In this document: positions 18,398 to 27,119 of the stretch, piece by piece
How positions within the stretch are numbered: position 1 is the first letter of the stretch
Layout: each line of letters begins with the position of its first letter
Source of the DNA: Halovivax gelatinilyticus
Lineage (GTDB): Archaea; Halobacteriota; Halobacteria; Halobacteriales; Natrialbaceae
Assembly: GCF_024300625.1 (NCBI RefSeq)
Contig: NZ_CP101322.1
Location: 43,992-75,991 of the forward strand
Reading direction: 5' to 3'
DNA: 32,000 bases
The notes under the pieces: model-generated
Seen by the model: only the letters and a program-made list of their open reading frames with translations
Told to the model about the DNA's origin: nothing
Database searches by the model: none
Translations under genes and position numbers: made by a program

Positions 18398-18406
18398 CTA
18401 TAATAG
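18398..18406 (-). promoter_or_regulatory. TATA-like element of the DUF6884/TGT/GHKL operon
   Basis: Reverse strand CTATTATAG centred 33 nt upstream of ATG 18369. Confidence 0.5.
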
Positions 18407-18583
18407 TTTCTGGTGGTCGCGCTGTCTGTTCATTGACTATGTAATCTTACCCAGAAATAGTCCGAAGTCATATAACAACGACCGCACACATATCATAGAC
18501 CACCTACATTCCATGATGTTACTGGACTAAGTGGCATATTTAGGATTTATTATTTTCCTTTCTCCCTGGTAAAGTTTTGGGGT

Positions 18584-19282
18584 TTAATTCATAAAGGACC
18601 TAGGACGTTCACTGTACTCGATTGGATCCCTCGATCCGACGCTTCTGAACGAATCTAGCCGCAACGCACAGGAGTCACAAATCCCACACGCCGGCGCTTC
18701 GTCCCGGTAACACGACCACGTGAGTTCGTACGGAACCTCAAGTTCGAGACCCCGCCCAGCGATTTCCGTCTTCGACCACTCGACGAACGGTGCGACCAGA
18801 TCGATCTCTGTTTCGGGTTTCGTACCGACGTCAACGACCCGCTGGAAGGCGTTAAAGAACTCCGGGCGGCAATCAGGATAGCCTGCGAAATCCTCCGAGT
18901 GCGCACCGATGAACACCGCGGAGCAGTCGTTCGCTTCGGCGTACGAAACAGCCATCGCTAACAGATTCGCGTTCCGGAACGGAACGTACGATGTCGGGAT
19001 TTCGTCGCTCTCAAGGTCCGCATCGGACACCTCAATTTCGTCGTCGGTAAGGCTAGAGGCACCGATTTTCGACAGATGGCTCGTCTCAATGTGCAGAAAG
19101 TCCGCCGCGTTTACTTCCTCTGCCAGCGCTTTCGCGCACTCGTATTCCTTGTTCTCGGTTCGCTGCCCGTACGAGGTATGTAAAAAGTACGGTTGGTAGT
19201 CGCGGTCGATCGCTTCGTAGACCGCGGTCGCACTGTCCATCCCACCTGAAACCAGTATTGCTGCGCGTACGTCGTTACTCAT
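18584..19282 (-). CDS. queC: 7-cyano-7-deazaguanine (preQ0) synthase QueC
   Basis: PP-loop ILVSGGMDSATA, YGQR, SCYRDEAPACGICDSCALR Zn site. Confidence 0.95.
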   Translation of the reverse strand: MSNDVRAAILVSGGMDSATAVYEAIDRDYQPYFLHTSYGQRTENKEYECAKALAEEVNAADFLHIETSHLSKIGASSLTDDEIEVSDADLESDEIPTSYVPFRNANLLAMAVSYAEANDCSAVFIGAHSEDFAGYPDCRPEFFNAFQRVVDVGTKPETEIDLVAPFVEWSKTEIAGRGLELEVPYELTWSCYRDEAPACGICDSCALRLDSFRSVGSRDPIEYSERPRSFMN

Positions 19283-19877
19283 GTGTGTCCACCGCCGAGC
19301 GGAATCGCCACTGTTCGTTTTCGGTCAACTCACCGACTGTAAACTGCGTCGTCGTCTCCGTGGCCGCCTCGACTCCGCGCATTGCTTCGCAGAGGTGCGT
19401 CGCCGCAAGTTCAACCCGTACAGCCTCGGCGTTCACTTCGTTGGCTAACCCTGATGCGATGTCCTGGGTCAGTTTCTCCTGTATCGTCAACCGCCTCGAT
19501 CGCCACCGAACGTAGCGGGCGAGCTTCGAGAGACCGACGACCTCGTCCTTCGGACGATACGCTATGTGAGCAACACCGTGGTACGGTAGCATGTGATGCT
19601 CGCAAAGACTGTACACCGAAATTCCCGTTTTGATCACGAGTTCACCGCTTTCAGCTGCGAAGGTTCGCATCTCGGGTTTCGCCGACTCTCGCTGCCCTTC
19701 TGTGAGTGTCTCGAGAGACGCCGGCATTCGGCGCTGCCAGGTATCCGTCAGTTCTTCGCGGTTAGGATCCTCTCCCAGCGCCTCCAGTAGCATCCGCGTG
19801 GCACGCTGGGCTTTCTGCCAGTCAATGTCGGACGTTTCACTGCTCTCCATGCTCGGTTGCTGGTGCTGTCTTGTCAT
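19275..19877 (-). CDS. folE: GTP cyclohydrolase I (FolE type IA)
   Basis: SVYSLCEHHMLPYHGVAHIAY, VGLSKLARYV, RLTIQEKLTQDIA, AATHLCEAMRG. ORF track starts at 19898; the ATG at 19877 forms an ATGA overlap with the queE stop. Confidence 0.94.
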   Translation of the reverse strand: MTRQHQQPSMESSETSDIDWQKAQRATRMLLEALGEDPNREELTDTWQRRMPASLETLTEGQRESAKPEMRTFAAESGELVIKTGISVYSLCEHHMLPYHGVAHIAYRPKDEVVGLSKLARYVRWRSRRLTIQEKLTQDIASGLANEVNAEAVRVELAATHLCEAMRGVEAATETTTQFTVGELTENEQWRFRSAVDTHE

Positions 19878-20650
19878 GTTCCTGGTTCGTCGTTCCACAG
19901 ATCGACGTGCAGTCGCGGCGTGTAGCGATAGCCACGCTCAAGTGCCAATTCGGCGATCTCGTTTCGTGTGTCGTCCAGTTCGTCTCGGGTCGCCCCTTCT
20001 GGCATCAACAAAACGTCGTCATTGGTCACTGCCGTATCGGTCAACTCTCGGATCTGGCTAACGAGATAATCGACTTCGGACAAATCGTGCGCTTCAGTAA
20101 CGACGAACTTCAATTGGCTATCGTACTGGTCGATCAGCCTTCCGAGCGCTTCGAGATCGATACGCTGTTCTTCATGTCTTATCTCCCACTCCCCGTCTCC
20201 CTTCGGGGCGCGATCGGGTGTGGGTGTACTGCTCGCGAGTTTCGGACTAATGCTCGCCAAATCGATCGTTGCATCTCGATAGGTGGTGCCATTCGTCTCC
20301 ACGGTAGTGTGATAGCCGTGATCGCCCAGTTCGTCCAGGAGTTGGACAGAGCGTTCGTGGATCATCGGTTCCCCGCCGGTCAAGACGACGTGATCCGCGT
20401 TTTCGTACGTGAGAACTTCGTCGATGATATCGTCGATTGTAAGCCATGCTCCGGTCGGTTCCCAGGAGGTGTGGTAGGAGTCGCAAAACCAACACCTGAG
20501 GTTGCAGCCCGACGTTCTGACGAACACAGAGGGGACACCGGCGAGTTTGCCCTCTCCCTGTAACGAGCAGAAGAGTTCGTTTATCGGAAGACCCTCACCT
20601 TCACCAGCGTGTTCGGTGGCGAGTTCCGAAACGTCGCTTGTGACCGGCAT
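19874..20650 (-). CDS. queE: 7-carboxy-7-deazaguanine synthase QueE (radical SAM)
   Basis: LFCSLQGEGKLAGVPSVFVRTSGCNLRCWFCDS has the CxxxCxxC motif; VLTGGEPMI. The ATG at 20650 forms a TAATG overlap with the queD stop; the ORF track starts upstream at 20665. Confidence 0.94.
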   Translation of the reverse strand: MPVTSDVSELATEHAGEGEGLPINELFCSLQGEGKLAGVPSVFVRTSGCNLRCWFCDSYHTSWEPTGAWLTIDDIIDEVLTYENADHVVLTGGEPMIHERSVQLLDELGDHGYHTTVETNGTTYRDATIDLASISPKLASSTPTPDRAPKGDGEWEIRHEEQRIDLEALGRLIDQYDSQLKFVVTEAHDLSEVDYLVSQIRELTDTAVTNDDVLLMPEGATRDELDDTRNEIAELALERGYRYTPRLHVDLWNDEPGT

Positions 20651-21111
20651 TAGTACGTCGCACAAAGTTCGTCAGTCTCTCGAACCGTCACGGATACGTT
20701 TGCGACGTTGTCCGGAAACACCTCCAGCATCCGTTCCTCGAGTAGAACGGACATCACTTCAGCTGTCGGTGGGTGCTGGAGTACGATGAGTGAATCAGCA
20801 TCGCCCGATCGTTCGAAGGCATCGATCAGCGGATCCCCTTCCTCAACGAGAAACATGTGATCCCAGTCGCCGATGACATCAGTTACATCTCCCTTGTCCA
20901 CGATCCAGCCTTCCTCCGCGAGATGACCGGTGATTTCCACCGTAATCTCGTAGTTGTGCCCGTGGGGCCGCGAGCACTTTCCGTCGTGGTGGAGAATCCG
21001 GTGACCCGTGCTGATCCGAATGGGTTTGTTTTCCCCGATTACGAGTGTCCGTTCTTCAGTGTTCGAAAGGAGGGCGCTACCAAAATCACCCCCAGATATT
21101 CTCTGTGGCAT
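20650..21111 (-). CDS. queD: 6-carboxytetrahydropterin synthase QueD
   Basis: STGHRILHHDGKCSRPHGHNYEITVEI, WIVDKGDV, WDHMFL, PPTAEVMS, VRETDELCATY. ATG 21111 (MPQRISGG) preferred over the track's GTG 21135 because a TATA-like box lies ~31-37 nt upstream. Confidence 0.9.
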   Translation of the reverse strand: MPQRISGGDFGSALLSNTEERTLVIGENKPIRISTGHRILHHDGKCSRPHGHNYEITVEITGHLAEEGWIVDKGDVTDVIGDWDHMFLVEEGDPLIDAFERSGDADSLIVLQHPPTAEVMSVLLEERMLEVFPDNVANVSVTVRETDELCATY

Positions 21112-21141
21112 ACCCAAAGAATATCCCGAGTGCACATAAGC

Positions 21142-21148
21142 TTATTTG
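21142..21148 (-). promoter_or_regulatory. TATA-like element of the preQ0 operon (queD)
   Basis: Reverse strand CAAATAA, 31-37 nt upstream of ATG 21111. Confidence 0.35.
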
Positions 21149-21286
21149 TTGATTTGTTCGTACTGCGGAAACGTCTACAACGAATCATCTTCATCTATCA
21201 GTTCATGACTATTATTTGCCGAGAAAACCGAAAGTTACAGATTGAGTTGGGATATGCCCCAATGAATTGTAGAAAGGTGAGGTCTG

Positions 21287-21682
21287 TTAGAGCACTCGGT
21301 CCGAATAATATGACCCAGTGATTCTAATCTCACTCTCATCGACTACATCTACGATTCTTTTCATTAACTGTGCCAGAGGTTCGGTCTGATTTGTGGACGA
21401 TACTTTCATCGCATGTTCGTCAAAGTTGACGACACCATAATCGTCGAGCATCGGAAGATGGGTATGTTTGAGACCAATGTCCGATGATCGTTGTACAGTC
21501 CGGCCGACTGACTCGGAATCCACATCCGCTTCTTCGGCAGCAACCTGTCTACCCAGGTCTGACACCCGAACGGTCACCGTCTCGCTACCTTCCTCGATTT
21601 GAAGATCTAGGAGTAACTCGAGCACGATTCGACGTCGCTCCGACTGGAGAATACGCAGGATGTCCTTCAGTTCCTTACTCAT
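21287..21682 (-). CDS. Winged-helix DUF7344-like haloarchaeal protein (putative transcriptional regulator)
   Basis: LRILQSERRRIVLELLLD...VRVSDLGRQVAAEE...RSSDIGLKHTHLPMLDDYGVVNFDE. Confidence 0.65.
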   Translation of the reverse strand: MSKELKDILRILQSERRRIVLELLLDLQIEEGSETVTVRVSDLGRQVAAEEADVDSESVGRTVQRSSDIGLKHTHLPMLDDYGVVNFDEHAMKVSSTNQTEPLAQLMKRIVDVVDESEIRITGSYYSDRVL

Positions 21683-22023
21683 TGACGAACACCTCCTGTC
21701 GAGGAGCGCAGAAATCCGTAGTGATCGTTATATTGCCACGGGCTTCCGAATCGTCGAAGCCGAGCGTTTGTACCTTCCGAGTCGGTCGGACAGAGTTATG
21801 CCTCTCGGCCATTGTAGGCTTGATTGCTGTCATGGTTGGCAGCGCGGCGCTCCGGCGACCTAACCGCCGGGCCCGTTTTAGACGGCCACGCTACTTCGTC
21901 ATGGCCGATTGACTATAAAGAACGCTTGCATTTCTGATCACTAACTGATCATCGTAGAGGTTGCGTTTTATTCTTGATTTCAACAGCTACACCATCGCTT
22001 CCACATCCGGCATAACCCACACC

Positions 22024-22030
22024 ATTAATA
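22024..22030 (+). promoter_or_regulatory. TATA-like element of the Dna2-like gene
   Basis: ATTAATA about 26 nt upstream of ATG 22053, consistent with a leaderless transcript. Confidence 0.45.
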
Positions 22031-22052
22031 GAAATCGTGACACTAACCAGGT

Positions 22053-25000
22053 ATGGTTGATACCGATGATCGGCCGGCAGTCACACTAAATCCGAGCGGT
22101 CTCGGCCAATACATCAGTTATTCTGGGTGTCCGCGATTTTTCAGACTGAAGTTTTTCGACCACGGCCTCGTGAATAAGCGAAACTGGTACGATCCGAACG
22201 CAGGTAGTGACCTTTTCGCAGAACTTGGGTTAGCCTACGAAGAAGAACAATTGAAAACACTCAGTGAGGATGCATCCCGAGTCATCGGGGACACTGACAG
22301 CGATGGTGATGTGATCCCATATGATGAGACGTGGGAAGACAATACGGGATCACACGGCGACATAGAAACGCAGTGGAAAGGTGGAGTCCGTGAACAGTTG
22401 ATCAATCTGATCGAGACCCTCGCAGATAGCGACCATGACGAGTTGGATGGACCCGTCGTGTTGTTCCAGACACCCATGTTTGGACGGATCGGAGTCTGGG
22501 ACATTGCTGGTATTGCCGATCTCATCACACTGGAACCGCTTCCGGAGAGTCGCGGCGTCCGAACTAGAGTTCTGGAGGTCAAGACGTCCTGGAAGGACAA
22601 GACATCTCAGCAGATTCAATCGACGATCTATAGTTTACTATTAAGCACGGTGGTTTCCGAGTGTGGCGTCGATCATGAACCCGTCGCCACAGTAGTTAAT
22701 CGTGAGGCAGACCTCCGCGAACATCCCCTGCCGGAACTCCCGCCGATCGATCTTCCCTCGCGGACCGCGGAGGTGAAACGCCTGTTGAAACAGGATGGTG
22801 AACTACACCAGTTAGCGCGAAAGTCGTTTGACGAGGTCGGGTATCGCCTCGAACGAAAATGCGACGGGTGCCCGTATAACGGGATTTGTTTCACGAAAGC
22901 AATTGAATCACGCGATCCAGCACTGTTGAACCTCACACAGGGGAATCAGGAACGGCTTCGAGTGCAGGGCATAGACTCGCTCGCGGGGTTGACCGACCTG
23001 TTTGAGCGAGAAGAGGGGACGAAACCGTATGATTACGACGAACTCCCAGTACGTGATGAGACAATCGTTCGTGCCTTAGAGAGTGAGGGAACCCTTTCGA
23101 ATCGCCTCGACGAAATCGTTCAACGGGCTCAGGTACTCCGTGGAGAACTCGATCCGTCGTACGACTCGTTCGGCGGCGTAGAGTACCTACGTGGCAGTGG
23201 GAACGGCAATCTCCCTGACGACGATCCGCATCCACGATTGCCCGGAGGGGCGTGTGAGCGCAACGAACTGATCCGGGTGTACCTGTACGTCCAGCACGAT
23301 CCCGTACGTGACCGGCTGGCGCTCTTGGCTGCTCGCATCAATTGTGACAAGACCGATGCGACGACCGTCGTTGAATTTAGCGAGCAACTCCCAGCGGCGA
23401 AAGACGATAGCCTCGACGCGGAAGCGAAGCTACTGGAAGCGTTTTTCGAACGGCTAATCAAAGCAATCCAGGGCATAAAAGCCGAGTTTGGCTCGAGTCC
23501 AGACCAGGGCTATGTCCATCTGTACACGTATTCCGCCCACGAACGGGACGCACTCATGGAGGGTGTTCAACGACAACCGTCCGTCTTTGGAAGCGCCGCA
23601 GTACGTGATCTTCTGGGACTACGAGAGGGACTCGACCAACCGATGGTGTCGGTCGTGCATAACGATATTACGAGTCGCTTGGCGTTACAATACCCGGGGA
23701 CAGGGCTCATCCAGACAGTCGAGCAAATGCAGGCGTTCGCCGACGAGTCCTATCCTCGACGCTGGTTTTCTGCTACCGATTGGAAAGCGACGATTGCTGG
23801 CGACGAAGTTGACCTTCGGGATGTATTCAGGACTGGGTTGTTCGAGGGGAAGCGAGCGTACGTCGAGGAGGGCAACTCGATCAGATTGCTCCTTGGTGAT
23901 CCAGGCGATCCGGATCGGGAGCCAGATGGCTTCTACCCACTGTACAATCGATTTGGAAATCAGATTCCCCTGGAGTACCTGTGGGCTGCTCGCGGTAAGT
24001 TAGACGATGATGTGGAACTCGGGACGGGCAGTTCGTCGCTCTCAACATATCGGTACTACGACGGGGAGGGCTCCAAACCGATCGGAGCCCCAGAAGTGAA
24101 AGCACTCGCACAGCGACTGACGGAAGCTCTCGAGCACGTCGAACGGGCGATCGCGTACAAGAACTGGCAAATCGATAAGCAACCACTCGATTTGAGCCGA
24201 CTGCCAGCCTTCTCGCTTGAAAATATTGAACTGAACCGTGCCTGCCAAGAGTATCTTGATCTGGAACACACGACGAACTATCGTGACTGTCTCGACCATT
24301 ACCTCAAACCGCCTCGAAAGCGCATGCAGACCGGCGATTCGACGATTTTCCGCGTCACGAACGTCGAACCTGCTGGCCAGTGGGATATCCGCGTCGAGGG
24401 CGATCTTCTCTATGACGAGTTGTTCCGAAATCCGGATCAGGTGATCGATAGTTGCCGGATCAGCGGCTCGGACGACGGCGGCTCCGGAAGCTGGCGAGTA
24501 ATGTCGAAACTCGAGCGCAACGGCAGGGAATTCAGACAAGTCAATGCGACATACCCGCGGTATCTGGCAAATTCGATCAAGGCATCCGTCGAGTCGTTCG
24601 ATCGAACCGGCAAAACGATCACGGTGAGTGCATCGACCCACGGTGGGTTCGGCCGCAGCCGGTACCTTGAGTGGCACCGGAGTGCAACGATGGAACCCGA
24701 GGAAGCCGACGGAGAGGATTACACGACGCTGGTCTCTGAAGGTGACCTCTTTGTGCTTGATCCGTACGCGGATTCTTACCCCGCGCTCAGAGCCTACGAA
24801 GCGCTCGAGCGGACGGAGTCGAACGCGTTGTACCACCAGTTGAACCGCGCGTTCCAGGACGGCGAAACTGAGCAGTTCGACCGGCAGTTTTGTTCGCCGA
24901 CCGCTGTTGCGGACTTCATCGAAACGTTCGAGGATGCGACGGGTGCGCGTCCCCGCGGGAACCAGGCGGAGTTCGTTAAGGAAGTTGACCACAGCGTCTC

Positions 25001-26483
25001 CGTTCTGCAAGGGCCGCCAGGAACCGGCAAGACCAGTTTTACGCTTGCACCGGCGGTGTTAGCTCGACTCGCAGCGAGCGAAGACGAGGGGGATCGGTTA
25101 CTCACGGTTGTGACTGCGCCGTCGCACACTGCTGTTGATGAAGCGATGGAGGACATCGTCACGAACTGGGCCGACCTCACTGAGAGTTCAGCAACCACTG
25201 CGGCAACCGAGTTTGTTCGGGTTCGTGCCGGTTCTTCCACCGATGTCCGTGAGGCCGTCGACGAGCACGTACGGTTTGTCGATTATTACGATACAACTGA
25301 TGTGGTCGAGATGACCGACGCGCTTCGTCCACACGTGACGCCGGACGGTCGGGCGACGAATCATCTCGTCGTGTTCACCACGCCGACATCGCTTCGGGGT
25401 GTGATTAACAAATGCTCGGGTGAGTTATTCGCTCTCGACGACGCTGAAGCGGTGATGGATGCCGGGATTTCGTTCGTCGATTTGCTGGCGATCGACGAGG
25501 CGAGTATGCTCGATCTGCCGGCGACGCTCCTCTCGAGTGCGTTCCTCAAGGACGATGCACAAACGCTCCTCATCGGTGACCACCGGCAAATGGAGCCAGT
25601 TCAACAACACGACTGGGAGGGGGAGGATCGCCGAACCATCGAAGAGAATGTGCCGTTCATGTCGGTGTTGAACTTCGTCCGATTCCTCAGAGGCGACCTT
25701 GAGGAAACCGATTTTGCATTCGCCCAATCACCCGATATCGGTGACGCGATTCCGATCACACGCCTCGACCGAACCTATCGGCTACACACTCGAGTCGCTG
25801 ACTTGCTCACTGACCTGGTGTACACTGACGACGGGATAAAACTCAAATCAAGCCAGACAGCGACGATTGATCACGTTCACGCCGGTACGGACGGCGTTGC
25901 AGCCGCGATGAATCCGCAAGCTCCGGCTGCCCTTGTTATTCATGACGAGGACGAGAGCCAAGACGCTAACCGAACCGAGGTCGCTATTGTAGCCGCGTTG
26001 TTGAGCGCGTTGGATGATCCACAACCAACGGAGACTGGAATTGTGACGCCACACAATGCCCAGAAAGGACGACTCAACCAGCAGTTTAATGGAACCGCAA
26101 CGATCGATACCGTCGAGCGGTTTCAGGGTGGGGAACGCGATGTCATGGTTATCTCGGCCACTGCAAGCGACCCGGACTATGTCCGAAGCGAAGCCGAATT
26201 TCTGTTAAATCCAAACCGATTGAACGTCGCCATGTCCCGAATGAAGAAGAAACTCGTCATCGTTGCAAGCGAATCCGTGTTTGAGGTGACACCACCGAAT
26301 GCCGATGAGTTTGACCAAACGTTGATATGGAAGCGCTTGTACGACGCCCTTGGCGTCACCGACAATAGCCCAGCGACGTCAGTTTGGGAGGGAGATCTTG
26401 GTGAGTTTTGTCCAAGTAACGTTGATATTCCCCGCGGAAAATCCGGCACGAATATCGATGTCTACGCCTTGGAATCGGAGTAA
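22053..26483 (+). CDS. Dna2-like protein: N-terminal Cas4/RecB-like nuclease with Fe-S cysteines plus C-terminal UPF1-type SF1 helicase
   Basis: SYSGCPRFFRLKFF, AGIADLITLE...TRVLEVKTSW, CDGCPYNGIC. Helicase VLQGPPGTGKTS, LAIDEASMLD, LLIGDHRQMEPV, VERFQGGERDVMVIS, NRLNVAMSRMKKKLVIV. Confidence 0.94.
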   Translation: MVDTDDRPAVTLNPSGLGQYISYSGCPRFFRLKFFDHGLVNKRNWYDPNAGSDLFAELGLAYEEEQLKTLSEDASRVIGDTDSDGDVIPYDETWEDNTGSHGDIETQWKGGVREQLINLIETLADSDHDELDGPVVLFQTPMFGRIGVWDIAGIADLITLEPLPESRGVRTRVLEVKTSWKDKTSQQIQSTIYSLLLSTVVSECGVDHEPVATVVNREADLREHPLPELPPIDLPSRTAEVKRLLKQDGELHQLARKSFDEVGYRLERKCDGCPYNGICFTKAIESRDPALLNLTQGNQERLRVQGIDSLAGLTDLFEREEGTKPYDYDELPVRDETIVRALESEGTLSNRLDEIVQRAQVLRGELDPSYDSFGGVEYLRGSGNGNLPDDDPHPRLPGGACERNELIRVYLYVQHDPVRDRLALLAARINCDKTDATTVVEFSEQLPAAKDDSLDAEAKLLEAFFERLIKAIQGIKAEFGSSPDQGYVHLYTYSAHERDALMEGVQRQPSVFGSAAVRDLLGLREGLDQPMVSVVHNDITSRLALQYPGTGLIQTVEQMQAFADESYPRRWFSATDWKATIAGDEVDLRDVFRTGLFEGKRAYVEEGNSIRLLLGDPGDPDREPDGFYPLYNRFGNQIPLEYLWAARGKLDDDVELGTGSSSLSTYRYYDGEGSKPIGAPEVKALAQRLTEALEHVERAIAYKNWQIDKQPLDLSRLPAFSLENIELNRACQEYLDLEHTTNYRDCLDHYLKPPRKRMQTGDSTIFRVTNVEPAGQWDIRVEGDLLYDELFRNPDQVIDSCRISGSDDGGSGSWRVMSKLERNGREFRQVNATYPRYLANSIKASVESFDRTGKTITVSASTHGGFGRSRYLEWHRSATMEPEEADGEDYTTLVSEGDLFVLDPYADSYPALRAYEALERTESNALYHQLNRAFQDGETEQFDRQFCSPTAVADFIETFEDATGARPRGNQAEFVKEVDHSVSVLQGPPGTGKTSFTLAPAVLARLAASEDEGDRLLTVVTAPSHTAVDEAMEDIVTNWADLTESSATTAATEFVRVRAGSSTDVREAVDEHVRFVDYYDTTDVVEMTDALRPHVTPDGRATNHLVVFTTPTSLRGVINKCSGELFALDDAEAVMDAGISFVDLLAIDEASMLDLPATLLSSAFLKDDAQTLLIGDHRQMEPVQQHDWEGEDRRTIEENVPFMSVLNFVRFLRGDLEETDFAFAQSPDIGDAIPITRLDRTYRLHTRVADLLTDLVYTDDGIKLKSSQTATIDHVHAGTDGVAAAMNPQAPAALVIHDEDESQDANRTEVAIVAALLSALDDPQPTETGIVTPHNAQKGRLNQQFNGTATIDTVERFQGGERDVMVISATASDPDYVRSEAEFLLNPNRLNVAMSRMKKKLVIVASESVFEVTPPNADEFDQTLIWKRLYDALGVTDNSPATSVWEGDLGEFCPSNVDIPRGKSGTNIDVYALESE

Positions 26484-26563
26484 CGCGATAAACGAGATAC
26501 TGGTGATTTTGTAGGAATGATGTGACCAAAACACCCATCACATCTGTTGGTAATTTTTCAACA

Positions 26564-26923
26564 ATGACTGACTCGCCAGTTGCAGTTGGATCTGAAGTTA
26601 CTCACGAGAAACACGGGCGGGGTGTCATCATTGATGAAGTTGTTCAGAATACAGATGGGACGCACGAAGTTCCAGTCCTCTTCTATTACACCGGTGACGC
26701 CCAGATCGTCCCAGTCGTCACCTTAAACCCAGCAGCGGAAGTGGCGCGGTCAGAAATTTCAACCGGATCGAGCGGAATGACGATTACAGTCGATGATGGA
26801 TTTTTCTCGTTCTCCGTCGAGCCAGACGGAAAGGGATCCGGGTTCGACGTCACACTTCGAGTTGGAAATACGGTAATCGATTCTGCACATCTCGATTTCT
26901 CCGAGTTCATTGAAATGGAGTAA
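26564..26923 (+). CDS. Small protein with SH3/Tudor-like barrel motif, possible partner of the Dna2-like protein
   Basis: VAVGSEVTHEKHGRGVIIDEVVQ...VPVLFYYTGDAQIVPVVTL resembles the UvrD/PcrA C-terminal Tudor-like GxxVxHxxFGxGxV pattern. Track start is GTG 26522; ATG 26564 is an alternative. Confidence 0.55.
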   Translation: MTDSPVAVGSEVTHEKHGRGVIIDEVVQNTDGTHEVPVLFYYTGDAQIVPVVTLNPAAEVARSEISTGSSGMTITVDDGFFSFSVEPDGKGSGFDVTLRVGNTVIDSAHLDFSEFIEME

Positions 26924-27119
26924 CTGTCTCCTCGTACCTCGTTCAAATGTCTCGACCGAGCATTGATGGTTTCAGTAAATGAAACGGAATATGCAATGTT
27001 TTACTCCCGTATATGAACGTCTCGTTGCTGAACAGGCAAGGGACGCCATTCATTGTCGATAATTGCTAACAAGTCCTGAGTTGCACGTGCTGGTTAGTTG
27101 GGGTGATGAGACTCGTGGC

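Noticed and set aside
18584-19282. QueC as evidence for a Qat or type IV CBASS defence system
   Set aside because: The neighbours are folE, queD and queE, and QueC keeps its PP-loop and Zn cysteines. No TatD (QatD), CD-NTase or OGG-like gene is present. A preQ0 biosynthetic role fits better.
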